This document shows, one piece after another, positions 17,956 through 26,727 of a stretch of DNA of 64,000 bases; within the stretch, counting starts at the first letter, position 1, and every line of letters begins with the position of its first letter. Below the pieces are notes generated by a model that saw nothing but the letters and a program-made list of their open reading frames with translations, was not told where the DNA came from and made no database searches. Made by a program: the position numbers and the translations under genes. Origin of the DNA: Candidatus Nealsonbacteria bacterium (GTDB lineage: Bacteria; Patescibacteriota; Minisyncoccia; Minisyncoccales; PWPS01). The DNA lies in NCBI GenBank assembly GCA_003560665.1, contig PWKK01000023.1, positions 110,417 through 174,416 on the forward strand, given 5' to 3'.

Positions 17956-19103
17956 GTAAGGAAAAAGTATATTTTGACTATGCGGCAACTACGCCGACAG
18001 AGCGAGATGTCATCGAGAAAGCAACTCCTTTCCTGGGAGAGAGGTTTGGCAACCCTTCTTCTCTGCATAGTTTTGGACAGGAATCTCTTTTTGCACTCGA
18101 TAAAGCAAGGAAAAGTGTTGCCGACTTTTTGGGGGCGATGGAAAGAGAAATTATTTTCACCCCTTCCGCCACACAAGCGAACAATATCGCGATTTTAGGT
18201 GTCCTAAAGGAATGTAAGAGCTCGCACGTTATCACCACATCCATTGAACACAAGGCGGTTTTGGAACCCCTCAAAAAGAGCGGGGTGAACGTAACACATT
18301 TACCGGCCTACAAAGAAGGGGTCGTTAGAGTGGAAGATGTGAGGGAATCATTAAAAGATAACACACAGCTTGTATCCATTGGCTATGCTAACAGTGAAAT
18401 CGGAACAATTCAACCGATTCAAGAAATCGGAGAGATGATCAGAGAAGAGAACAAAAAAAGGCGAGAAAAAATCATTTTTCACACCGACGCGGTGCAAGCG
18501 GTCAACTATTTTCCCTGTAAAGTTAATGATTTAGGAGTAGATCTTCTTACATTAAGCGGACACAAGATATATGGACCAAAAGGAGCAGGAGCTTTGTATA
18601 TAAAGGAAAAAAATAAGGTTTTCCCTATTTTTTATGGTGCTACACAAGAGAGGGGATTTTGCCCGGGAACAGAGAACATTTTTGCAATCGCCGGACTCGG
18701 ATTTGCGATAGAAATGCTCAGCAAAAACAACTCCGAGAAAACAAGGCGTCTTCGGGATAAGATAATCGATGTGCTTTTAGAGGAGGTTCCGGGGAGTAAG
18801 CTGAATGGTAGTAGAGAAAAAAGATTGCCCAACAACATAAACGTCACTTTCAAGGGAGTGGAAGGAGAAAGCCTGATGATTGCTTTAGACAGAGAAGGAA
18901 TCGCTGTTTCTACAGGATCTGCGTGTGCTTCCGGTTCTCTTGCTCCCTCCTACGTACTTCTTGCACTCGGCCTTGCTCATGAAGAAGCACACGGATCTTT
19001 GAGAATATCGTTAGGGCGCTTTACAACGGAAAAAGAAGTGGACTATTTATTAGAAAAACTGCCACCGATTATTAATAGATTAAGAAAAATATCTGGAAAA
19101 TGA
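17952..19103 (+). CDS. iscS: Cysteine desulfurase
   Basis: YFDYAATTP, SGHKIYGPKG, STGSAC. Confidence 0.95.
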   Translation: MSKEKVYFDYAATTPTERDVIEKATPFLGERFGNPSSLHSFGQESLFALDKARKSVADFLGAMEREIIFTPSATQANNIAILGVLKECKSSHVITTSIEHKAVLEPLKKSGVNVTHLPAYKEGVVRVEDVRESLKDNTQLVSIGYANSEIGTIQPIQEIGEMIREENKKRREKIIFHTDAVQAVNYFPCKVNDLGVDLLTLSGHKIYGPKGAGALYIKEKNKVFPIFYGATQERGFCPGTENIFAIAGLGFAIEMLSKNNSEKTRRLRDKIIDVLLEEVPGSKLNGSREKRLPNNINVTFKGVEGESLMIALDREGIAVSTGSACASGSLAPSYVLLALGLAHEEAHGSLRISLGRFTTEKEVDYLLEKLPPIINRLRKISGK

Positions 19104-19471
19104 GTTACTATACCCAAAAAACAATGGACAGGTTCCTTAACCCCAAGCACTTTGGAGAGATGAAGGATGCAAACGGAATCGGGAAAGTTGGAAACCCTCG
19201 CTGTGGGGATCAGATGACGGTTTATATTAAAGTTGAAGGAGAAAAAATCAAAGAAGCATCATTTCAAACACTGGGCTGTGCTGCGGCTATCGCCACGTCC
19301 GATGTAATCTGTGAAATGGCTATCGGGAAAAACACAAAAGAAGCACTTGCAATAACGGAAAAAGAGATGATAAAAAAGCTGGAAGAGCTACCGGCAGTTA
19401 AAGTGCACTGCTCTTCTCTGGCCATTGAAGGGTTAAAAAAAGCGATAGATGATTACCAAAAAAGAAAATAA
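19100..19471 (+). CDS. iscU: Fe-S cluster scaffold IscU/NifU-N
   Basis: GNPRCGD, GCAAAIA, KVHCS. Confidence 0.93.
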   Translation: MSYYTQKTMDRFLNPKHFGEMKDANGIGKVGNPRCGDQMTVYIKVEGEKIKEASFQTLGCAAAIATSDVICEMAIGKNTKEALAITEKEMIKKLEELPAVKVHCSSLAIEGLKKAIDDYQKRK

Positions 19472-20492
19472 AAAGGTGTTATTGGGGATGTCGGGGGGAG
19501 TTGACTCTTCTGTAGCTGCTTTCTTGCTAAAAGAAAGAGGATTTTCTCCGGTGGGGGTGTTTATAAAATTCTGGAAGGAGAACAATTCTTGTTATAGGTC
19601 TGATGAGCAGAGGAGGGCAAAAGAGGTTTGTAATCGGCTAAAAATCCCTTTTTACGTGATAGATGCGCAAAAAGAGTTTAAAAAAGAAGTAGTTGATTAT
19701 TATCTAAAGAGTTACAAAGGATGTGAAACTCCCAACCCCTGTGTTGTTTGCAACAGAAAAATAAAGCTAAAAACACTGATGGAAAAATTACAAGAACTAA
19801 AGGCAGATTATATCTCCACGGGACACTATGCTTGTCTTCAAGAGGGAAGTGAAGGAACAATAAAATTATTAAAAGGGAAAGACAAAGAAAAAGACCAGTC
19901 ATATTTTTTGTGGGACATCAAAAAAGAGTGGTTGGCGAAAATAATTTTTCCACTGGGGGAATTTAAAAAAAAGAAAGTAAAGAAAATAGCAAAAGATCTT
20001 CGATTTTCTTCCGTTGAGGCGGAAGAATCACAAGAAGCTTGCTTTGTCGGGGGTGATGCAGACGATTTTTTAAAGAGAAATATTGCCCCCTCTCCGGGAA
20101 AGGTTATCGATGATAGAAACAATGTAGTCGGAGAGCATGAAGGGCTTTTTTATTACACTGTCGGTCAGAGGAAAAGACTGGGTCTTTCCGGGGGACCTTA
20201 TTATGTTTTAGCAAAAGATGCCAGTAGTAACACGCTGGTGGTTACAAAAAAAGAAGCAAAGCTTTACAGTAAAGAGTTTTTTTACAGGGATGCCAATTTT
20301 TTTAGTAGCGTTTCGTTCCCACTTGAAGCGGAGACGAAAATAAGGTATAAGGGTGGTGTTACAGATGCGATTGTTAAAGAAAAAGAGGTGACACTTTCAT
20401 CTCCCGAGAGAGCGATTACTCCGGGCCAGTCAGTAGTTTTTTACAGAGGAGAAGAGGTTTTAGGAGGAGGCGTTATCGATTGTTTTGAATAA
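19449..20492 (+). CDS. mnmA: tRNA 2-thiouridine(34) synthase MnmA (CxxC type)
   Basis: MSGGVDSS, TPNPCVVCN, TGHYA, KDQSYFL, ESQEAC, TPGQS. Confidence 0.95.
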   Translation: MITKKENKKVLLGMSGGVDSSVAAFLLKERGFSPVGVFIKFWKENNSCYRSDEQRRAKEVCNRLKIPFYVIDAQKEFKKEVVDYYLKSYKGCETPNPCVVCNRKIKLKTLMEKLQELKADYISTGHYACLQEGSEGTIKLLKGKDKEKDQSYFLWDIKKEWLAKIIFPLGEFKKKKVKKIAKDLRFSSVEAEESQEACFVGGDADDFLKRNIAPSPGKVIDDRNNVVGEHEGLFYYTVGQRKRLGLSGGPYYVLAKDASSNTLVVTKKEAKLYSKEFFYRDANFFSSVSFPLEAETKIRYKGGVTDAIVKEKEVTLSSPERAITPGQSVVFYRGEEVLGGGVIDCFE

Positions 20493-20503
20493 GATTTAAT
20501 TAC

Positions 20504-20773
20504 ATGGTAAAGCTTTTAGGGGCAGTAGATTTGCTTGGCGGATTGGCTCTTTTCTCCATTATGGGGGAAGTAATACATGTGGGTGCTTTTTCAATCATTA
20601 TCGTTCTTCTTCTTTTAAAGGCAAGCATCTCCTTCTTTGATATCGGAGGGATTATCGATGTCTTTGTTTCACTTTTAATCTTTTCGAGTCTGTACTTTAT
20701 TTTACCACCTTTTCTAATGACAATCGGAGCAGTTTTCATCCTCATAAAAGGATTAATAAGCCTCGCAAGTTAA
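20504..20773 (+). CDS. Small integral membrane protein
   Basis: 89 aa, almost entirely hydrophobic, inside the operon. Confidence 0.7.
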   Translation: MVKLLGAVDLLGGLALFSIMGEVIHVGAFSIIIVLLLLKASISFFDIGGIIDVFVSLLIFSSLYFILPPFLMTIGAVFILIKGLISLAS

Positions 20774-20819
20774 CTTTAATAGTATTTAAACCTTTATTAA
20801 AAATTAACGTTAAAAAAAT

Positions 20820-21014
20820 ATGTTCAATGAAGAAACAACATTAGCCGAAATTTTAAAAACGGAGCACGGACAAAAAGTTTTATCCGAGAACGGTGTACCT
20901 TGTCTTTCTTGTGCGATGGCCTCTCAAGAAGTAAATTTTCTGAAAATAGGGGAGGTTGCCGACATGTACGGGCTGGACAAAAAAAAGATTCTTGAAGAAT
21001 TAAACAAAAAGTAG
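20820..21014 (+). CDS. DUF1858-like small CxxC protein
   Basis: TLAEIL..GVPCLSC..YGLD..ILEELN pattern. Confidence 0.7.
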   Translation: MFNEETTLAEILKTEHGQKVLSENGVPCLSCAMASQEVNFLKIGEVADMYGLDKKKILEELNKK

Positions 21015-21021
21015 AAAAACA

Positions 21022-22155
21022 ATGGAGAAGAAGATTGTTTGCCACTACGGAGAAATAGCCCTTAAAGGGAAAAACCGCCGTTTTTTTGAAAAACGGCTTG
21101 TGCTTAACATAAAAAAAGCTTTTCCGGAAGCAAGTATTTCTGCTCCCCGAGGAAGAATTGTTTTAATCGACAAAGAAGAGAAGGTAAAGGAAAAATTAAG
21201 AAAGATTCCCGGAATCGATTATTTCTTTATTGCAGACGTTGTTTCTTCTTCTCTAGAAGAAATAAAAAAAAGCGTGATTTCTCTAATGGAGAAGGCGGAT
21301 TTTGAAAGTTTTCGTATCACGGTAAAGCGCGCAGACAGTTCCTTTCCCACTTCTTCTCAGGAGCTCTCTGTTATCTTGGGAAGAGAGGTGCAGAAAAAAA
21401 CCGGCAAAAAGGTTGATTTGAAATCTCCCGATAAAAACTGTTTTCTAGAAATCACACCGAAGGAAACATATATTTATTTTGAAAAGATAAAGGGGGTGGG
21501 TGGTCTTCCGGTTGATAGTGGAGGAAAGGCGATTTCCCTTCTTTCAGGAGGGATTGATTCTCCGGTCGCCTCTTTTCGAATGATAAAAAGAGGCATGAAA
21601 AATGCTTTTCTTCACTTTCACGCGTATCCGACAACATCCAAACAGTCTATCAATAAAACAAAGAGGATAGTGAAAATTCTCTCTTCTTTTCAAGGAGAGT
21701 CCACATTGTATCTTATTCCCTTTAGTGAAATACAAAAAGAGATAATGATTGTTGTTTCAGAAAAATTGAGAGTTCTTATGTACAGACGATTTATGATGAG
21801 GATTGGAGAAGAGATTGCAAAAAAGGAGGGAGCAAAGGCGATTGTAACTGGGGAGAGCTTAGGTCAAGTTGCTTCACAAACGATAGAAAACTTAGCGATT
21901 ACCGGAGAGGTTGTAAATATTTCCGTGTTTCGACCACTGATTGGACACAACAAAGAAGAAATAACCAAAGAAGCAAAGAGAATAGAGACGTATGATGTAT
22001 CAATTTTACCAGAAGAAGACTGTTGCGTGAGATTTTTGCCGAAGAAACCGGAAACAAAGGGGAAGATTGCGGAAGTAAAAAGAGAAGAAGAAAACTTGGA
22101 AGTAGAAAAAATGGTAAAAGAAGCGCTTGAAAAGGCGGAAAAAGTTTCAATCTAA
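21022..22155 (+). CDS. thiI: tRNA 4-thiouridine(8) synthase ThiI (no rhodanese domain)
   Basis: YGEIALKGKNR, THUMP domain, LLSGGIDSPVA, GESLGQVASQT, EDCC. Confidence 0.95.
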   Translation: MEKKIVCHYGEIALKGKNRRFFEKRLVLNIKKAFPEASISAPRGRIVLIDKEEKVKEKLRKIPGIDYFFIADVVSSSLEEIKKSVISLMEKADFESFRITVKRADSSFPTSSQELSVILGREVQKKTGKKVDLKSPDKNCFLEITPKETYIYFEKIKGVGGLPVDSGGKAISLLSGGIDSPVASFRMIKRGMKNAFLHFHAYPTTSKQSINKTKRIVKILSSFQGESTLYLIPFSEIQKEIMIVVSEKLRVLMYRRFMMRIGEEIAKKEGAKAIVTGESLGQVASQTIENLAITGEVVNISVFRPLIGHNKEEITKEAKRIETYDVSILPEEDCCVRFLPKKPETKGKIAEVKREEENLEVEKMVKEALEKAEKVSI

Positions 22156-22176
22156 GATTGTTTTTTCTTTTTGGGG

Positions 22177-22204
22177 TTGAACTTTTTACGTTTTTAGCTA
22201 TAAT
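22177..22204 (+). promoter_or_regulatory. Sigma70-type promoter of the DUF5679 gene
   Basis: TTGAAC-16 bp-TATAAT. Confidence 0.6.
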
Positions 22205-22337
22205 AAAAGCGGAAATAAGCTCAGTGAAATTTGCCAGAGATAAAGTACCAAGGTGGTTTCACAGAGTAAAGGTCGTAAAGGACGATAAATAATAATCGAC
22301 AGACGGCACCGAGGTGGTGCTGAAAGTCAAAAATATC

Positions 22338-22499
22338 ATGACTGAAGGATATTGCGTAAAATGTAAAGCAAAAAGAGAAATGAAGGACGCTGAAGAGGTA
22401 GAGATGAAGGGAAAAGGAACGACAAAAAGGAGAGCAATGAAAGGAGAGTGCCCCACATGTGGCACAAAGATGTTTCGAATACTCGGAAAAGCGAATTAG
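22338..22499 (+). CDS. DUF5679 small basic zinc-ribbon protein
   Basis: YCVKCKAKREMKD...MKGECPTCGTKMFRI. Confidence 0.85.
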   Translation: MTEGYCVKCKAKREMKDAEEVEMKGKGTTKRRAMKGECPTCGTKMFRILGKAN

Positions 22500-22514
22500 T
22501 TTTATGGCTTTTCA

Positions 22515-22555
22515 CAAAACCACCTAAGCGTATCCGCTTTGGTGGTTTTGCTCTT
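22515..22555 (+). terminator. Intrinsic terminator-like hairpin
   Basis: caaaaccacc..aagcg/cgctt..ggtggttttg. Confidence 0.7.
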
Positions 22556-22565
22556 AAGCTCAAAA

Positions 22566-23426
22566 ATGGGAAAAAGAAAAGTACTGTTGGTTTTTGCAAT
22601 TTTAATCGCTCTTAATATTTTTTCTTGGAATTTCTTTTTTTTTCTCCAAAATGAAGAATTAAGAGTTGTTTTTTTTGATGTGGGTCAAGGTGATGCAATA
22701 TTTATCAGGACTCCGCAAAATCACTATATTTTAATAGACGGCGGTCCGGGTGAAGTTGTTTTAGAGGGACTAGGGCGAGAGATGCCCTTTTTTTATAACT
22801 CTATCGATCTTGTCATTTTAACTCACCCGCACGATGACCATGTTTCCGGTCTTCTGGAGGTACTTGACCGCTATAATGTAAAGAATGTGCTCTGTAGTGG
22901 GGTTTCGGGAAGTGCAAGTGTTGCTCAAAGATGGGAAGAAACAATCAGAGAGAGGGGATACAGACAAGCACGTGCCGGACAAAGAATCAAGGCAAACGAA
23001 TTCTATATAGACATCTTGTATCCTGCTGAAAGCTTTGCAGGGGAAACAGTGGATGATCTAAACAAAGTTTCCGTTATCTCTCGTTTTGTCTTTAAAGAAG
23101 AGTACAGTTTTCTTTTTACCGGAGATGCTTACGCCGGGCAGGAAAAAGAAGTTCTTTCTTATAGGGAAAAATGTGAAGAAGAAGAAAGAGCGTGGTGTGA
23201 TGTTTTTTCGTTGGAGTCGGACGTTTTAAAAGTGGGTCATCACGGATCGAAAACTTCTACATCGGAAGAGTTTTTGGATGTCGTTTCTCCAAAGGTGGCG
23301 GTGGTTATGGCAGGAAAAGACAACCGTTACGGACACCCACACCGAGAAGTTTTAGAAAGATTGGAAAATTACAAGGTAGAGATAATGCGCACCGATAGAG
23401 ACGGGGATGTGATATTTGAATTGTAA
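22566..23426 (+). CDS. ComEC/Rec2-type metallo-beta-lactamase-fold nuclease with N-terminal TM
   Basis: FDVGQGDA, LTHPHDDH, FTGD, LKVGHHGS, NRYGHP. Confidence 0.9.
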   Translation: MGKRKVLLVFAILIALNIFSWNFFFFLQNEELRVVFFDVGQGDAIFIRTPQNHYILIDGGPGEVVLEGLGREMPFFYNSIDLVILTHPHDDHVSGLLEVLDRYNVKNVLCSGVSGSASVAQRWEETIRERGYRQARAGQRIKANEFYIDILYPAESFAGETVDDLNKVSVISRFVFKEEYSFLFTGDAYAGQEKEVLSYREKCEEEERAWCDVFSLESDVLKVGHHGSKTSTSEEFLDVVSPKVAVVMAGKDNRYGHPHREVLERLENYKVEIMRTDRDGDVIFEL

Positions 23427-23495
23427 AGGACGGTGTTTTGTTTTTTTATGAGTTTTGTAATATAATTACGAAGTATAAAATAAAAAAATATTAAA

Positions 23496-24200
23496 ATGGA
23501 TGATAAAAAGATAGACCTCTCTAAGATTCCGGATACCGATCTTCCTCCTGTAAAAGAGGACTTTCGAGAAACATTTCAGTGGAGAATCTTTCGAATCATG
23601 GCGGAGTTTGTAGAGGGGTTTCAGTTTGTTGCCGATTTTGATAAATCGGTTACTATTTTCGGAGCAAGTTCTTTTGATGAAGATAATGAAAACTACAAGA
23701 AAGCTCACCGTTTTGGAAAGCTTCTTGCAGGAGAGGGCTTTTCGGTTGTTACCGGTGGGGGACCAGGAATTATGGAAGCGGCAAATAAGGGTGCCTACGA
23801 AGAAGGTGGAAACTCTATCGGAATCAATATTCAGCTCGAGGAAGGAGAAAGGGCAAACAATTATTTAAGAAAATCAATAGGGTTTTATTATTTTTTTACA
23901 AGGAAAGTGATGCTTTCTTTTTCTTCTTCAGGATATGTATTTTTCCCCGGAGGTTTTGGAACGCTAGATGAGTTTTTTGAGGTAATTACCCTTGTTCAAA
24001 CAAAGAAAACTCCGATAAAAGGTCCGATAGTTGCCATCGGAAAAGATTTCTGGGAGCCACTTTTTTCTTGGCTGAGGGATGAGTTGTGTTATAAACACCA
24101 GACGATAAAGGGAGAGAACTTAGACATTTTCACTCTTGTTGATAATCCCGAAGAAGCGCTGGAGATTATTAAAAATAATTTTAAAGATAAAAGTAAATAG
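23496..24200 (+). CDS. LOG family (TIGR00730-like) nucleotide phosphoribohydrolase
   Basis: TGGGPGIMEAAN, FFTRK, PGGFGTLDE. Confidence 0.92.
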   Translation: MDDKKIDLSKIPDTDLPPVKEDFRETFQWRIFRIMAEFVEGFQFVADFDKSVTIFGASSFDEDNENYKKAHRFGKLLAGEGFSVVTGGGPGIMEAANKGAYEEGGNSIGINIQLEEGERANNYLRKSIGFYYFFTRKVMLSFSSSGYVFFPGGFGTLDEFFEVITLVQTKKTPIKGPIVAIGKDFWEPLFSWLRDELCYKHQTIKGENLDIFTLVDNPEEALEIIKNNFKDKSK

Positions 24201-24275
24201 GTGTAAAATATATTAATAACGATAAAAGGTTATCTGAAATTAACGGATGTTATATAAAGATAAGCTTCTAAAGAA

Positions 24276-25349
24276 ATGAAGGATATAGAGTTCCCCGTTT
24301 TTAAGACAAAAGTTGAAAATGATCGTGAGTTTAATCTTTCCGATCCCGAAGAGAGAAATGAGTATTTTTCTTTCAAAGCGGGAAGTGAAATTCAAGAAAT
24401 AAGAGAATACCTAAAAAAGAGCGCTTTTATTATCTATCTTTTAGGGAAAAAGAGCGCTGGAAAGGGAACTTACTCAAAGATGCTCGCAGAGGTTGTCGAT
24501 CCAGAAAAAATAGATCATTTTTCTATCGGTGATATGGTAAGAGAGGTAGACAAGGAGCTTAAAAATGAGGCAACAAAAAAAGAACTCGTTTCCTTTTTGG
24601 AGAAGAATTACCGCGGATGGAGCTCACTTGAAGAAATAATGGATATTCTTCAAGGGAGAAGCACAACAAAACTTTTACCAACAGACTTTGTTCTTACTTT
24701 AATCAAAAGAGAAATTGCCAAAAGAGGGAAAAAGGTGATTTTTATAGACGGATTTCCTCGTGACATGGATCAGATATCTTACTCTCTGTTTTTTCGAGAT
24801 CTTATCGGATACCGTGACGATGCGGATTTTTTCGCTTTAATTGATGTGCCCGAACAGGTGATTGACGAGAGAGTAAAGTGGAGGAAGATCTGTCCAAAAT
24901 GTAACACCTCAAGAAACTTGAAGCTTCTTCCGACATCTAAGATTGATTATGATAAAAAGAAAGGTGAATTTAATCTTCTTTGTGATAATCCCGATTGTGG
25001 GGAGATAAAAATGGAAAGAAAAGAAGGAGATGAGGCGGGAATAGATCCGATAAGAGGGAGGTTGGAAATGGACGAAAAGTTAATCAAGCAAGCGTTTGGT
25101 CTTTACGGAATACCGAAAATTCTTCTTCGTAACTCTGTTCCGGTAGAAAAAGCGGAAGATTTCGTCTCTACTTACGAGATTACTCCGGAATATAATTACG
25201 AGTGGAACGAGAAAGATAAAAAAGTGGAAGTAAAAGAAACTCCGTGGACAATTAAAGATGACCAGGGAGTGGAAAGTTACAGCTTGATGGCTCCGCCGGT
25301 AGTAGTTTCTTTTGTTAAGCAACTCGCCGATATATTAAGAACACACTAG
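24276..25349 (+). CDS. Extended adenylate kinase-like nucleoside monophosphate kinase
   Basis: P-loop GKKSAGKGT, SIGDMVR, IDGFPR, lid CPKC..CDNPDC. Confidence 0.8.
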   Translation: MKDIEFPVFKTKVENDREFNLSDPEERNEYFSFKAGSEIQEIREYLKKSAFIIYLLGKKSAGKGTYSKMLAEVVDPEKIDHFSIGDMVREVDKELKNEATKKELVSFLEKNYRGWSSLEEIMDILQGRSTTKLLPTDFVLTLIKREIAKRGKKVIFIDGFPRDMDQISYSLFFRDLIGYRDDADFFALIDVPEQVIDERVKWRKICPKCNTSRNLKLLPTSKIDYDKKKGEFNLLCDNPDCGEIKMERKEGDEAGIDPIRGRLEMDEKLIKQAFGLYGIPKILLRNSVPVEKAEDFVSTYEITPEYNYEWNEKDKKVEVKETPWTIKDDQGVESYSLMAPPVVVSFVKQLADILRTH

Positions 25350-25416
25350 AAGAGACAAAAACCTGATTTTTCGGATTTCGAATCCCTAAAATTAATTGTC
25401 GTTTGCGAGAAAAAAC

Positions 25417-25445
25417 TTGACTTGCAAGAGGAGAAAAGTTATATT
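25417..25445 (+). promoter_or_regulatory. Promoter of the ncRNA
   Basis: TTGACT-17 bp-TATATT. Confidence 0.65.
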
Positions 25446-25450
25446 GAAGT

Positions 25451-25580
25451 TGTTCGCTCGTTCAAAATGAAAATCTGAATTATATCTTTGAGGGAGCCGT
25501 ATATGATTCACAGCTCGTGGGCTGTGACTGAGGCACCCACCTTAGTTTCATTATCAGATTATTCTGGGACGAGCGGACAT
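25451..25580 (+). ncRNA. ssrS: Probable compact 6S RNA
   Basis: Rod fold: 13-bp closing stem, aatctga/tcagatt, AU-rich bubble, GGGAGCC/GGCACCCACCU as in Firmicutes 6S, apical hairpin; own promoter and terminator. Confidence 0.6.
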
Positions 25581-25585
25581 GAAAG

Positions 25586-25612
25586 AGTACCTCATATTTG
25601 AGGTATTTTTTC
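25586..25612 (+). terminator. Intrinsic terminator
   Basis: agtacctca-tatt-tgaggtatt followed by T run. Confidence 0.8.
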
Positions 25613-25699
25613 TTGTGTAGAGTTTTGTGTTAATTTTTCTCTTGCCATAAATCAGAAAGATAGTAAAATTAGCAAAGAAAGATTAAATTTAGTTTAAAT

Positions 25700-26440
25700 A
25701 TGCAAGATTTTCTCTTGGTTGCGATGTTTAATTTTACCGCTTCGGTGGTTTGTTTGGTTGCTGCGGTAAAGATGTATTTTGTCGGTAGAAAAAATATAGA
25801 GAATATTAAAATTCCTTATTTTTTCTACAGTTTTGTTTTTATAGCTATTTACCTTTTTTCCAGTGGGCTACCCCTTTTGTTTGCAAGAGACTCTTTTGCT
25901 GTTGCCGTTGTTGGGGCGCTTTCCAGACCACTCCTTCTTATCGGAGCAATGTTTTTGTGCTTAATACCTCTTAACCTAATGAAAACTAAGTCGCTTGAGA
26001 AGGTGTATGTCCTTTCAGTGTTGGCGATTGTACTGGTAAGTAGTGTTTTGTCTTTTTTAGGATTAAACCAAGTTAAAAGATTTTTTCCTTTTCACGATGC
26101 TCAATACTGGATTCATCTCGAAAATCCTCTGCTCGTTTCGGGATTCTTTTTAACAGGAGGTTTTGTCATCATTTCTCTCCTTTTTGCGTCTTTTTTTTAC
26201 TTCCGCTTTGCATTGGAGAAAAGAAGGGAAGAAGTTGCTTTCGGCAAAGCGATGATGATCGGAATAGGATGCTCTCTTCTTCTTCTTGCGGTTGCTTCCG
26301 GACATATTTTCGGGATAATAATTGGGGAGTTTGTCGTAACAAGCACTATAGCGAGCTTGCTTTTCATAATGGGGGTTGTTTCGCTTATCGCCAGTGTGAA
26401 TTATAAGGGGGAGAGTAAAAAAGCTTATAAAATTAAATAA
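25700..26440 (+). CDS. Multi-pass (about 7 TM) membrane protein of unknown function
   Basis: About seven hydrophobic segments; upstream TTGCCA-16 bp-TAAAAT. Confidence 0.8.
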   Translation: MQDFLLVAMFNFTASVVCLVAAVKMYFVGRKNIENIKIPYFFYSFVFIAIYLFSSGLPLLFARDSFAVAVVGALSRPLLLIGAMFLCLIPLNLMKTKSLEKVYVLSVLAIVLVSSVLSFLGLNQVKRFFPFHDAQYWIHLENPLLVSGFFLTGGFVIISLLFASFFYFRFALEKRREEVAFGKAMMIGIGCSLLLLAVASGHIFGIIIGEFVVTSTIASLLFIMGVVSLIASVNYKGESKKAYKIK

Positions 26441-26449
26441 AATTTTTCT

Positions 26450-26695
26450 ATGTGTGATCAAATGAAACAAGCAAAAGAAATTTACCGACTTCAAAAAGAG
26501 CTTGAAAAAGAGAAAATAGAAGTGGAAGAAGACGGCGTAAGAGTGATTGTTAGTGGGAAAATGGAAGTGGAAAAGGTGGAACTGAATCCGAAGATTACAA
26601 AAGAAGAACAAGAATTAGCGGTGAAAAAATGTATCAATGGAGCGATGAAACAGATACAAACCAATCTTGCTCAAAAAATGCAATCAATGAGATAA
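26450..26695 (+). CDS. YbaB/EbfC nucleoid-associated protein
   Basis: MKQAK..LQKEL..VIVSGKMEV..INGAM. Confidence 0.85.
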   Translation: MCDQMKQAKEIYRLQKELEKEKIEVEEDGVRVIVSGKMEVEKVELNPKITKEEQELAVKKCINGAMKQIQTNLAQKMQSMR

Positions 26696-26727
26696 ATTTA
26701 CGCTCGAACAGAAAAAATTATAGAAGA

